In this document: one piece after another, positions 19,351 to 29,738 of the stretch | Position numbering within the stretch: position 1 is the stretch's first letter | Layout: each line of letters begins with the position of its first letter | NCBI GenBank assembly: GCA_900320345.1 | Contig: ONRZ01000009.1 | Coordinates: 3,950-67,949, forward strand | Direction of reading: 5' to 3' | DNA from: an uncultured Lachnospiraceae bacterium | GTDB taxonomy: Bacteria > Bacillota > Clostridia > Lachnospirales > Lachnospiraceae | DNA: 64,000 nucleotides | Notes under the pieces: generated by a model | Told to the model about the DNA's origin: nothing | Seen by the model: the letters and a program-made list of their open reading frames with translations, nothing else | Database searches by the model: none | Translations under genes and position numbers: made by a program

Positions 19351-22300
19351 CTACTTGATTATCTTAAAACTTTTTGTCACACTGCCGCTGTATCTGCCGT
19401 TCTTGACGGAAATGAACTTAACAGTCCCTTTCCCCGGCTTAATATTCTTACCGTAAGTGACCGTATAATCCTTGCCCGCGGTCAGGGTCTCTCCATAAGA
19501 ATTCACCACGCTGACTTGCGGACGGATCTGGCTGCCTGTATATTTGCAGTCTGTAAGCCCGCTGTATTTCATGGTCTTTGCATTGAGCTTCTCGCGGACA
19601 AGCGAATACTTTGCACTGCGGCTGCCGTAGAAATTCTTTCCTCCCTTGACCGTAACCGTGACTATGGCTTTCCTGGATATACTCGTATTATCAGTGTACT
19701 TAAGCGTATAATCATCTGCACTCAGAACATATTTTCCGGCTTTTACAGTAAGCGATGACGGGAATACCTGCACGCCCTCTCCGCGATAATATCCGTTCTT
19801 AGCGGAAACCGAACTTATGGCAACGGGAAGTATCTTAAAGTAATATTTCCCGTCATAACCTCCCGCAAGCATGTAGTTCGCCGACGGTTTTATCGTTATG
19901 GCCGCTCCCTTTATAACATTACCCTTCTTGTCGTAACTTACATTCCTGTTATTGCTGTATGTGCATGTATAATCTCTTCCCAGCTTAAGTCCCTTTATGT
20001 TGAGCTTTGGAGTAAGATCCTTGCCCGCATATTTCTGGTCCTTGATCGCCGTTATCATTCCGGGTGCTATAACAGCCGGAGTTATCTTAAATGTGGTTGA
20101 TATAACTCCGGTATAAAGTCCCTTTCCGGTTGCGGTAACGGTTGCGGTACCGACATTAACATTATTCGTATACTTAAGCGTATAATTTTTGGCTGCCACC
20201 ACATTTCCGTTCTCATCCGATATCCTGACAGCCGGTTTTAAAGCCTTCCTTTTGTATGCAACCGCAGCACTGTCGGCCATGGCGATGCTCAACTGCTCCA
20301 TCCCGACGCATACGTTTACTTTTTTGATCGTAAAGCTTCCGGTAAAATTCCCCTTCAGTTTTCCTATAACAGTGTAGGTCTTGGTAGCCTCGAACTTATC
20401 TACCTTTTTCATTTCAATGCCTTCGAATATCTCGAATTCATAACAAGACGGGCTTAAGATATTATTACCCTGTTTGACCGTCGCTTCATTTGTACCTGCT
20501 TTACCTACAACCTTGATCCCGGACAGTTTCTTCGGAAGAATGGTGAACTTCTGATCCTTGACTCCCGAATAGTTTCCAATTCCCTTGATCCTTACTATCG
20601 CTTTATCCGATGCGTTTATATTGTTCAGATATTCAACGGTATAATCCTTGTTCTTCTTAAGCTTCTTTCCCGCCAGTGTAACGGTCACGGCAGGTGTCAG
20701 GGGTTTACCCGAATAGGTGGGTGATTTGAGTGCAACAACCGCCTGGGCCATCGTCACGGAACTTGCGTTTATCTTAAAGTTCACTTCTGCCTGACCTGTA
20801 AAACTGTTCCTTCCGGTCACGATGACCGTAGCCATACCGAAATTAATGTTGTTCCTGTATGAAACAACATAATTGCCTGCAACAGACAGACCCTGCCCCG
20901 CATTGACATAAACATCAGGTCTTATCGGAGATCCCGTATAATCCGCTTCATTGAACTCAAGCGCGACATACTGCTTAAGAAGCGGAGCCTTTGCTATATT
21001 GAATTCAAAATCCCTGCTTCCTTCATAATCATTCCTTCCCCTTACCGTAAGCGTATACTTACCTGCTTCAAGGGGTGTCCTGTCAAATGAATAACTGTAA
21101 TGCACATCCCTTAATACTTTTCCGTCATCCATAACAAGAAGAGCCTTACAGAGTTCTTCCGTCCTGTCACCGCCGTTATAGGTAAGCTGAGGGAGATTCA
21201 CCGAGAAATTCGTAAGTTTCTTTTTCTCGGGCCCTCTGTCGTTTGAATATGCCTTTATCCTGAGCGTATTCAGATCCCGGCTCTGGGTTCTCACCCAGCC
21301 GTCATTCTCATTGCGGCAAAAGGTCCTGTCATCAGTCCTGTATGTCTCAAACTTACATCCGGTCCCGGCATTATATGTACTGTCAACGAAAAACGATGTG
21401 AATCCGCCGTTCCCGGTCCTTGACCTTACGACAACCGAGAACATGGATCCTTCTTCCACATCGGCAAAAGTATCAAGCTGTATGGTATAGAATCCCGGAT
21501 ATGTCGTTGTTCCTGTTTCCTGTGAACTTAAAATCCCGCTTTCGGGATTACCCGGATCCGTAACATTGGTATAAACCGATACGGTATATTCATTATCCGG
21601 TGAAGCAAAACCGATACCGACAGCCTCTATCTGCTGTCTGCCGCTTGCCTGATATATGGCAGCTGCATACGGATATACCTTCTTATCCGTGTAGCATGAA
21701 CCGTCATACTGGTAATTATGTCTGTACAGATCTGCCGGTTCAAAATCAAAGGCATATGCCCTCTTGCCCGCGGCCTTAAGAGATGCATCCTCATACGATA
21801 TCCAGACAAACCCCTTGTCTCCGTAACCGGTACCTCTGCTGTTCTTAACAAGCCATGCACCGTTTGACGCCGGAAGTTTCGGACTTATGCCATTCTTTGC
21901 GTTATAAGCGTTTGAATATGTATTCTTAAAATTGTTCCTGTCAAAATCATCATCCCATCCGACCACTGCAACTTCCTGGTTCGAACTGCTCTGTGCATCA
22001 TTATAATAGACAGCCGGACCGCTGTAAGATCTGTTCAGTGTCTTTTTATTGCGGTCGCTTCCGTACATATCATTGTCATAATATGCAAAACCGATCGTCC
22101 CGTACTTCATTATGGCCTTTTTAACATCCTGTCTGTTCTTAAGGTCTATCCATAACGCATTCTGCAGATGCTGCGCATCACCGTCATATGCCAGTCCGTT
22201 CCTTACGTTTATATCTTTGGTGGCCTGAGTCCTTGCAACGGTAGGATATGAAAGACTGGGATCGTATGCCTCGTCTGCAGGTCCTGTCCAGCGTGCAAGA

Positions 22301-23061
22301 GCAAATGTAGTAAAATCCGCATTTCCTCCCATCATTGCAGGCTTAACATTTTCTTCGGGATATACAAAGTCCTTCCTTATATTTCCGTCACCCCATAATC
22401 TGTCAATATCCTCGTTGAAATATCCGTTAAAGAAATACTTTATGAGCTGAGTCTCTGACATGTTCATCTCATATCCCGGATGCTGCCTCATATAAGCGCT
22501 CTCTGCCGCCGCGATCGCCATGAAGGCCCATCCCGTCGCCCATGCGCCCTGATCCTTTACAGACGATACATACAGATTATCCTCCAGTGTATACTTTGAA
22601 GGCACAACTGTCGTATCCGAAGCTCCGTCGGCACTTAAGCCTTCACTCTCCGGCATATCAACCGTAAAATCATTATCAATATATCCGGGGATACTCTCCT
22701 CTTCTTCCCGGAAAACCTCATTCTGCGAAACCGTATCTTCCGGTACACTGTCAGATGATACGATATCTGCAGAGGTCATTTCATCGTTTACCGCCTCTTC
22801 AAACAGGCTCTCGTAAATTTTAGTCTCACCTTCATCCGATAAGTTCTCCGTCAGGACCTCTTCCCGTACTTCCTCAGTGATCCCATCCGCAAAACCTTCC
22901 GCACTAAGATCATCCTCCCGGTCCTCAGCGATAGTCTCTCCTTCAACCACGGTATAGTCTTCATATATGTCCAATGCATATACGCCTGTATCACAAACAG
23001 ACAGTACCATTAGCACTGCCAAAACTGTAGCCGTTATTTTTCTTGATATTCGCACTTTCAT
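19351..23061 (-). CDS. Secreted papain-fold (C1-like) protein lacking the catalytic Cys and His, followed by about 8 Ig-like repeats
   Basis: Track ORF runs 19351-23079 with a TTG start. I prefer the ATG at 23061 (MKVRISRKITATVLAVLMVLSV, signal peptide), preceded by GGGGTGA. C1 signatures: VKDQGAWATGWAF, NQEVAVVGWDD, WLVKNSRGTGYGDKGFVWISY. It then carries repeats of about 80-90 aa with Y-x-G...DY-x-V-x-Y-x-NN-x-N...G-x-GNY-x-G. I see no LPXTG motif and no C-terminal TM. Confidence 0.7.
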   Translation of the reverse strand: MKVRISRKITATVLAVLMVLSVCDTGVYALDIYEDYTVVEGETIAEDREDDLSAEGFADGITEEVREEVLTENLSDEGETKIYESLFEEAVNDEMTSADIVSSDSVPEDTVSQNEVFREEEESIPGYIDNDFTVDMPESEGLSADGASDTTVVPSKYTLEDNLYVSSVKDQGAWATGWAFMAIAAAESAYMRQHPGYEMNMSETQLIKYFFNGYFNEDIDRLWGDGNIRKDFVYPEENVKPAMMGGNADFTTFALARWTGPADEAYDPSLSYPTVARTQATKDINVRNGLAYDGDAQHLQNALWIDLKNRQDVKKAIMKYGTIGFAYYDNDMYGSDRNKKTLNRSYSGPAVYYNDAQSSSNQEVAVVGWDDDFDRNNFKNTYSNAYNAKNGISPKLPASNGAWLVKNSRGTGYGDKGFVWISYEDASLKAAGKRAYAFDFEPADLYRHNYQYDGSCYTDKKVYPYAAAIYQASGRQQIEAVGIGFASPDNEYTVSVYTNVTDPGNPESGILSSQETGTTTYPGFYTIQLDTFADVEEGSMFSVVVRSRTGNGGFTSFFVDSTYNAGTGCKFETYRTDDRTFCRNENDGWVRTQSRDLNTLRIKAYSNDRGPEKKKLTNFSVNLPQLTYNGGDRTEELCKALLVMDDGKVLRDVHYSYSFDRTPLEAGKYTLTVRGRNDYEGSRDFEFNIAKAPLLKQYVALEFNEADYTGSPIRPDVYVNAGQGLSVAGNYVVSYRNNINFGMATVIVTGRNSFTGQAEVNFKINASSVTMAQAVVALKSPTYSGKPLTPAVTVTLAGKKLKKNKDYTVEYLNNINASDKAIVRIKGIGNYSGVKDQKFTILPKKLSGIKVVGKAGTNEATVKQGNNILSPSCYEFEIFEGIEMKKVDKFEATKTYTVIGKLKGNFTGSFTIKKVNVCVGMEQLSIAMADSAAVAYKRKALKPAVRISDENGNVVAAKNYTLKYTNNVNVGTATVTATGKGLYTGVISTTFKITPAVIAPGMITAIKDQKYAGKDLTPKLNIKGLKLGRDYTCTYSNNRNVSYDKKGNVIKGAAITIKPSANYMLAGGYDGKYYFKILPVAISSVSAKNGYYRGEGVQVFPSSLTVKAGKYVLSADDYTLKYTDNTSISRKAIVTVTVKGGKNFYGSRSAKYSLVREKLNAKTMKYSGLTDCKYTGSQIRPQVSVVNSYGETLTAGKDYTVTYGKNIKPGKGTVKFISVKNGRYSGSVTKSFKIIK

Positions 23062-23244
23062 TGTCACCCCGGAATTCAAATGTATATTTAGAGCCTATTT
23101 TATAATATTATCGGCATATACCGAAAAAAATTAACGGGATCCCGCAAAATCGGACAACTTCATCAGCTGCCCGCATCAGCAGGACCCCGTATAACAATGA
23201 TCTTATATTCTGTTTAAGACTTCCGCCTCAAAGACCGGTATTTA

Positions 23245-24591
<1,347 letters not shown>

Positions 24592-24630
24592 TTATGTATC
24601 CTCCTTAATATAAAAAAAATTAACGCCAAA

Positions 24631-24650
24631 GAAGCGTAGCACTACGCTTC
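24631..24650 (-). terminator. Terminator after the SH3b gene and upstream of gdhA
   Basis: Minus strand reads GAAGCGTAGTGCTACGCTTC followed by TTTGGCGTTAATTTTTTTT. Confidence 0.5.
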
Positions 24651-24707
24651 TCTGACGCCTTTGTCCGAAAGAGATTATATAACCGTTACAGAGATAATGC
24701 AAGTACT

Positions 24708-25820
24708 TTATTCAACAAAATCTGCCTTAACGTAGGCTTCTTTGCCATTATACTTTATCTTGCACCATCCGTTTGTCTTCTCTATTAGATCGAACTTGTC
24801 CCCGCGATATGCAACACCAAGCTTCTTGGCTGTTTCACTGGCGCCTTCACGGACGTTTACGTTTTCTTTTACGGTTATCTGTCCGCCCGAACCTGAAGAT
24901 CCGCTGTCTGAACTTTCATCCCCGGAGGCCGATCCGTCGTCAACAACTTCCAGATAATCCGACTTGATATATGCTTCCGTGCCGTTATAATCGATCTTGC
25001 TCCAACCGTTCTCCATCTCCTCGTAACGCTTGTAGGTATCCCCTATCTGAGCCTTTCCGAGCGAATCCGATTCGGTGCTGGCCGAAGATCTTATATTAAC
25101 AACATCAGTAGCCTTAACGGTCACTGCATTCGCGTCTCTCTCCTGCTGCTGTGCCTGGGCTTCCTTATCAGCTTCTTCCTGCTGCTGTGCCTGCTGCTGT
25201 TCGGTAAGCTTTGCCTTGACCGCGGTATTAACGTCAGACTCTATCTGTTTGAGCATTGCCGCAAGCTGAGGGTCGCTCTCTATGGCCTCATTGTATTTGG
25301 CGCTTATCTCACTTGTAAGCTCCTCTACATCCGGCTGTGATGACATTTCAAGGAAATATGCCTGTTCATCATCCGACAGCTCAGACTTGTTTATATACAG
25401 CGAGCCCGATTCGTTCGTGCAGACATATGTGGATTCAAGTGAAGGAGCCGGTGTGGAAACACCGGAGAACGTTATATCAAATGTAACTATAACAACATAG
25501 GAATCCGGCTTGTAACCCTTCTTGGTATATACATTAAAATCCGAAAACGACTGATAATACTTGGCCATTTCCTCTATCCTGTATCTCTCCTGGTCAGGCA
25601 GTGTATCGCACAGCGAGGCAGCCGTATCCGCATCACCGTTCATGACCGCCGAATAATAACTCTCCATAAGATTCGTTACATTCGGATAAGCATTCAGTTC
25701 GTATTTATCCTTCGGAACCTCTACACTGCTGGTAGGAAAAGCCGAAGCGTCAACCCCGTCTTCACTGTCCCCTCCCTTATGAGTTGCCAGGAAAATTATA
25801 AGACCGATAACAAGTACCAA
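24708..25820 (-). CDS. Membrane-anchored protein with two C-terminal SH3b-like domains
   Basis: 370 aa from a TTG start. N-terminal TM, a Q/E/A-rich coiled segment, then two repeats (VNIRSSASTESDSLGKAQIGDTYKRYEEMENGWSKIDYNGTEAYIKSDYL and VNVREGASETAKKLGVAYRGDKFDLIEKTNGWCKIKYNGKEAYVKADFV). The true start is probably the ATG at 25849 in another frame (see findings). Confidence 0.6.
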   Translation of the reverse strand: MVLVIGLIIFLATHKGGDSEDGVDASAFPTSSVEVPKDKYELNAYPNVTNLMESYYSAVMNGDADTAASLCDTLPDQERYRIEEMAKYYQSFSDFNVYTKKGYKPDSYVVIVTFDITFSGVSTPAPSLESTYVCTNESGSLYINKSELSDDEQAYFLEMSSQPDVEELTSEISAKYNEAIESDPQLAAMLKQIESDVNTAVKAKLTEQQQAQQQEEADKEAQAQQQERDANAVTVKATDVVNIRSSASTESDSLGKAQIGDTYKRYEEMENGWSKIDYNGTEAYIKSDYLEVVDDGSASGDESSDSGSSGSGGQITVKENVNVREGASETAKKLGVAYRGDKFDLIEKTNGWCKIKYNGKEAYVKADFVE

Positions 25821-25956
25821 AAATCTTATTCAGCTTCATTATCACGTATCCCCTTTACTTCCCGATATATCAACATATAAACTCAATAGATTCAGGTTAA
25901 CCGCCGGCATAAGGACTCCGTCACTCGCTTCGCTCATGACACCTCATGCCCAAAAA

Positions 25957-26029
25957 TGCACTCGAGAGGATTCGAACCCCCGACACACGGTACCGGAAAC
26001 CGTTGCTCTATCCCCTGAGCTACGAGTGC
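25957..26029 (-). tRNA. tRNA-Arg (anticodon CCG)
   Basis: Hand-folded 73-nt cloverleaf. Perfect 7-bp acceptor stem GCACUCG/CGAGUGC, D arm GCUC-AGGGGAUA-GAGC, anticodon arm ACGGU-UUCCGGU-ACCGU, T arm GGGGG-UUCGAAU-CCUCU, discriminator A. No CCA is encoded. Confidence 0.85.
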
Positions 26030-26054
26030 TGAACACAAAATTTCATACTGAAAT

Positions 26055-26083
26055 ATCATAACACAGGGGATAAAAAATATCAA
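26055..26083 (-). promoter_or_regulatory. Putative sigma-A promoter of tRNA-Arg
   Basis: Minus strand reads TTGATA, a 17-nt spacer, then TATGAT. The -10 element ends about 25 nt upstream of the tRNA 5' end. Confidence 0.4.
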
Positions 26084-26092
26084 TAGAGCCTG

Positions 26093-27028
26093 TTATGATG
26101 CCTTTTTCACCTTAACGGCAGGTTCCGAAAAACCAAGGTTTCTGTCAAAATAATACACATGGTCCGAAAGTATATCCACGCGTTCAAGCTGTGTTTCGTT
26201 TATCTCCCTTATCATCTCGTTGAACATCTCCTCAGACGCCCCTTCTTCATAAGGCACGATTATAACTTCACTGATGCTGCTCGGGATAATGTAAATATCT
26301 CTGCCGATCTTATCGCAGAATTCCCTGAGCCTGTCTTCATATATCATCGATATTGCCCCGTTGCTGCTGCCGGTAGTCATCACATACATCGGACAGTTCC
26401 TTATCTCATCTTCCGATGCTTCGGCAAGTCCGGGATTAAGCGTCTTTAACATATCAAACATACACGTGATCTGCGGGTCCTCTTCCCTTAACGTATTACC
26501 GATACTGTCCTCAAGGACCTCATCCCCGGTGACACCCCACAGTTTAAGATTAACATTTGTAACAACAAAGGATGCTTCACCTGCGATCCTGCGGTTTAAC
26601 TCACATTCCCTTATCATGCAATACGGTACGATCGCCAGATCCAGAAACCTCCTGTGCGGTATCTCTTCAAGCCGCCCGGCATTTGCCTCATAATTTATCA
26701 GCCTGCAGCGGAGCCTGTCCTTTACTGCCCCATAATCCTTAAGATGCTCAAGCGATAAAGTATTTCCGACTCTGCGGCTCTCATATATACCGCACATACG
26801 GTCAATAAGTTCCTCCGTCAGACCTTCTTCCCCGGCCTCCTCATAGAACGGCTCAAGATACATCGTGGGATATACCCTTTCATCTTCGCCGCACACCGTT
26901 ATACCGGTGTATATGACTCCGTTATTCTTAGTCACACGCTTAAGCTCTACCCTGTCATCGGGATATCTTAACTCCATGGCTGTACGTACTTCATCTGCAA
27001 AATTCTCAAATCCTATAATATCTGTCAT
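26093..27028 (-). CDS. Hypothetical protein (resembles the DUF5688 family as I recall it)
   Basis: 311 aa. LKRVTKNNGVIYTGITV...YPTMYLEPFYEE matches my memory of a conserved N-terminal block in Clostridial DUF5688 proteins. No function is inferable. Confidence 0.5.
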   Translation of the reverse strand: MTDIIGFENFADEVRTAMELRYPDDRVELKRVTKNNGVIYTGITVCGEDERVYPTMYLEPFYEEAGEEGLTEELIDRMCGIYESRRVGNTLSLEHLKDYGAVKDRLRCRLINYEANAGRLEEIPHRRFLDLAIVPYCMIRECELNRRIAGEASFVVTNVNLKLWGVTGDEVLEDSIGNTLREEDPQITCMFDMLKTLNPGLAEASEDEIRNCPMYVMTTGSSNGAISMIYEDRLREFCDKIGRDIYIIPSSISEVIIVPYEEGASEEMFNEMIREINETQLERVDILSDHVYYFDRNLGFSEPAVKVKKAS

Positions 27029-27087
27029 AAATCTTCTCTCCTTGTGATATGAATTGACAGATATCAGCAGGCGGGGACCTTACAGAT

Positions 27088-27118
27088 AAAAAAAGCTCCT
27101 CCCTGTCAGGGAGGAGCC
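27088..27118 (-). terminator. Rho-independent terminator of efp
   Basis: Minus strand reads GCTCCTCCCTG-ACA-GGGAGGAGC followed by TTTTTTT. Confidence 0.7.
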
Positions 27119-27131
27119 TGTATCATCTAAG

Positions 27132-27689
27132 TTATACTCTGGACAGATATTCGCCTGTTCTTGTATCGATCTTGATCTTGTCACCAAGTTCTACAAACAG
27201 AGGTACATAAACCGTTGCTCCGGTCTCAACCACTGCAGGCTTGGTAGCGCCTGTTGCGGTATCACCCTTGAAGCCGGGTTCCGTCTCGGTTATCTCAAGT
27301 TCAACGAACAGAGGCGGCTCAACGGAAAATACATTGCCGTTGTGAGAACAGATCTTAACCATCTCGTTCTCCTTAACAAACTTAAGGGCATCTCCTACCG
27401 TTTCACCGTTAAGAGCTATCTGCTCATATGATTCTACGTCCATAAAGTTATACAGGTCACCGTCGGAATAAAGATACTGCATATCCTTCCTGTCGATACG
27501 CGCCTGCGGAAACTTCTCGGTGGGCCTGAAAGACTTCTCTACAACTCCACCGCTTATGATATTCTTTAACTTAGTTCTAACGAATGCTGCTCCCTTGCCG
27601 GGCTTTACATGCTGGAATTCTATTATCTGAAAGATCCCATTATCCATCTCAACAGTTAAGCCATTCCTGAAATCGCCTGCTGATATCAT
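27132..27689 (-). CDS. efp: Translation elongation factor P
   Basis: 185 aa. [43 protein letters not shown] is a canonical EF-P N-terminus. Confidence 0.95.
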   Translation of the reverse strand: MISAGDFRNGLTVEMDNGIFQIIEFQHVKPGKGAAFVRTKLKNIISGGVVEKSFRPTEKFPQARIDRKDMQYLYSDGDLYNFMDVESYEQIALNGETVGDALKFVKENEMVKICSHNGNVFSVEPPLFVELEITETEPGFKGDTATGATKPAVVETGATVYVPLFVELGDKIKIDTRTGEYLSRV

Positions 27690-27755
27690 AAACTAACCTC
27701 CTTAGAGTTCACTGTAATAATTCCTCAAACAGTTTATACTATAGTCTGTGATATT

Positions 27756-28286
27756 TCAAGAACTTTTTGATTTATTTACGGACATGATGATCTTATCCAC
27801 GGTTTCTCCGGCATCCAGCTCATCCGTATCTATGATGATATCCGCGCATTCTTCATATATCGGGCCGCGAAAGGCAAGCATATCACGTATTTTTAAAAGC
27901 CTGTCTTCCGAAGCAAGGAGCGGCCTGTTTGAGTCGTTTCCCACGCGTGCGTTAAGGCACTCCGGCTTTGCCTTAAGATACACAACCGTTCCGACTTCCT
28001 TAAGAAGCGGCCTGTTGTTCTTATCCACCGGGAGACCGCCTCCCGTTGAAAGTACTGTATCCGTAAGTTCACCGTCAGAAGCAAGCTTTTTCATAAGATC
28101 CGTCTCAAGCCTTCGAAAATATGCTTCCCCTTCATCCCTGAAGATATCGGGGATACTCCTGCCCTCGTTCTTCACTATCAGTTCATCCGTATCCTCAAAA
28201 TCCATATCAAGACGTTCTGCGAGCATCCTTCCGACAGTAGTCTTACCGGATCCCATATAGCCTATAAGACATATATTTTTATCCAA
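27756..28286 (-). CDS. aroK: Shikimate kinase
   Basis: 176 aa. Walker A GYMGSGKTTVGR, then a shikimate-binding region (STGGG). Confidence 0.9.
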   Translation of the reverse strand: MDKNICLIGYMGSGKTTVGRMLAERLDMDFEDTDELIVKNEGRSIPDIFRDEGEAYFRRLETDLMKKLASDGELTDTVLSTGGGLPVDKNNRPLLKEVGTVVYLKAKPECLNARVGNDSNRPLLASEDRLLKIRDMLAFRGPIYEECADIIIDTDELDAGETVDKIIMSVNKSKSS

Positions 28287-28310
28287 TGGTCCCTCCTTAA
28301 GTTCTTCGCA

Positions 28311-29189
28311 TCAAACGGACTGCTCAAGCATTTCCCTTACCTTACGGATCACTTCTTCAGGCAGCTTTATATCATTCCATATCTCGTAAGCACAGACAGC
28401 CTGGTAAACAAGCATTTTAAGCCCGTTATAAGCTCTTCCGCCCGTTTCCTTTACATATTTCATGAACAGCGTTTCGGCAGGCCTGTATATAAGGTCTATC
28501 CCGGCCGATACCCTGGCGTAGAATCCCCTGTCTGCGATCACGCACTCGTTTTCATTCGGAGAAAGCCCAACGTTCGTACATTGAAAAACTATGATATCTT
28601 CACGGTCGTATGAACCTGTATCATCCGTCGTAAGCACATTTACAACAGGTGACGTTCCTTTGGCCAATTTTCCCGAATATGCCTTTATATCCGCCTCAAT
28701 GGCCTGTGCCTTTGACTTTGTCCTGTTAACAATGGTTATCGATGCCGGTGACTTTGAGGCACACAGAAAGGCCACCGCCCTTGCGGCTCCTCCGGCACCG
28801 AGGATGACCGTATCCTTCCCCTTAAGGTCGATATCCTCATCCTCAAGCTCTCTGTCAAGCCCTAATATGTCGGTGTTGTAACCGTAATATCCGTCTTTCG
28901 TATATTTCAGGGTGTTTACCGCTCCTATCTCCTTTGCGAGCGGATCGAGACCGCACAGTTCCCCGATAATGTCCGTCTTATACGGGACTGTGACATTTAT
29001 CCCCTTTACACCGAGTGAAAACAGGCCCTTTGTCATGGCCGTTATATCGTCATTAGCTCTGAAAGGGACATATACCGCATTAATTCCCATCTCTTCGGAT
29101 ATGGTATTATGAATGACCGGAGATAACGTATGTCCTATCGGATTTCCTATTATGCCGTAAACTGCTGTCTGTCCGTCGATATTCCTCAT
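28311..29189 (-). CDS. aroE: Shikimate 5-dehydrogenase
   Basis: 292 aa. Motifs: GIIGNPIGHTLSPVIHN, NVTVPYK, and the Rossmann motif GAGGAARAV. Confidence 0.9.
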   Translation of the reverse strand: MRNIDGQTAVYGIIGNPIGHTLSPVIHNTISEEMGINAVYVPFRANDDITAMTKGLFSLGVKGINVTVPYKTDIIGELCGLDPLAKEIGAVNTLKYTKDGYYGYNTDILGLDRELEDEDIDLKGKDTVILGAGGAARAVAFLCASKSPASITIVNRTKSKAQAIEADIKAYSGKLAKGTSPVVNVLTTDDTGSYDREDIIVFQCTNVGLSPNENECVIADRGFYARVSAGIDLIYRPAETLFMKYVKETGGRAYNGLKMLVYQAVCAYEIWNDIKLPEEVIRKVREMLEQSV

Positions 29190-29202
29190 GTCCTCTTCTC
29201 CG

Positions 29203-29715
29203 TCATCTGTGTTTTTTCCTGTAAGCGCGCATGACTATACGTTCAAGCACCCTCTTTAATACTATCTGTATCTCTTCTTTTTTGTCTATCTGTTCCACCA
29301 GTATGTTCCTTATACCGCTCCTCTTGGCTCCGTATACATCCGTGAACAGCTGATCGCCTATAAATATGGTTGTTTCCCTGTCGGTCTTAAGCTTCTCCAT
29401 CGCGCGCAGATAGCCCCTGCGTCCCGGCTTCCCTGCCTTGTGTATATACAGGGCTCCCACATCATCGGCAAACCCCTTGACACGCGGTTCCTTATTATTT
29501 GACAAAAGCAGGCAGGAAAAACCTATTTCGGAAAGCCTTCCGAACAGTCTGATCGCACGTTCATCCGCCGGCGCATCATGAGGTACCAGCGTATTATCGA
29601 TATCATAGATTATGCCCCGATATCCCTGTTCATAAAGGCTCTCATAATCTATATCATATGCGGAACCGATACACTCATCCGGGAAAAAAGCCTCAAACAT
29701 ATCATCCATCCTCAT
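29203..29715 (-). CDS. YqeG-family HAD phosphatase
   Basis: 170 aa. HAD motif I is DIDNTLV, motif IV is GDQLFTDV. Adjacency to aroE matches the Bacillus yqeG neighbourhood. Confidence 0.8.
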   Translation of the reverse strand: MRMDDMFEAFFPDECIGSAYDIDYESLYEQGYRGIIYDIDNTLVPHDAPADERAIRLFGRLSEIGFSCLLLSNNKEPRVKGFADDVGALYIHKAGKPGRRGYLRAMEKLKTDRETTIFIGDQLFTDVYGAKRSGIRNILVEQIDKKEEIQIVLKRVLERIVMRAYRKKHR

Positions 29716-29738
29716 ACGGGTTTACTGTTTTCATTTTC

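Noticed and set aside
25860-25956. Long imperfect hairpin downstream of tRNA-Arg (GGCATGAGG...CCTTATGCC with an inner stem).
   Set aside because: It has several mismatches and no T tract. It may aid tRNA 3' processing or termination, but I cannot distinguish that from chance.
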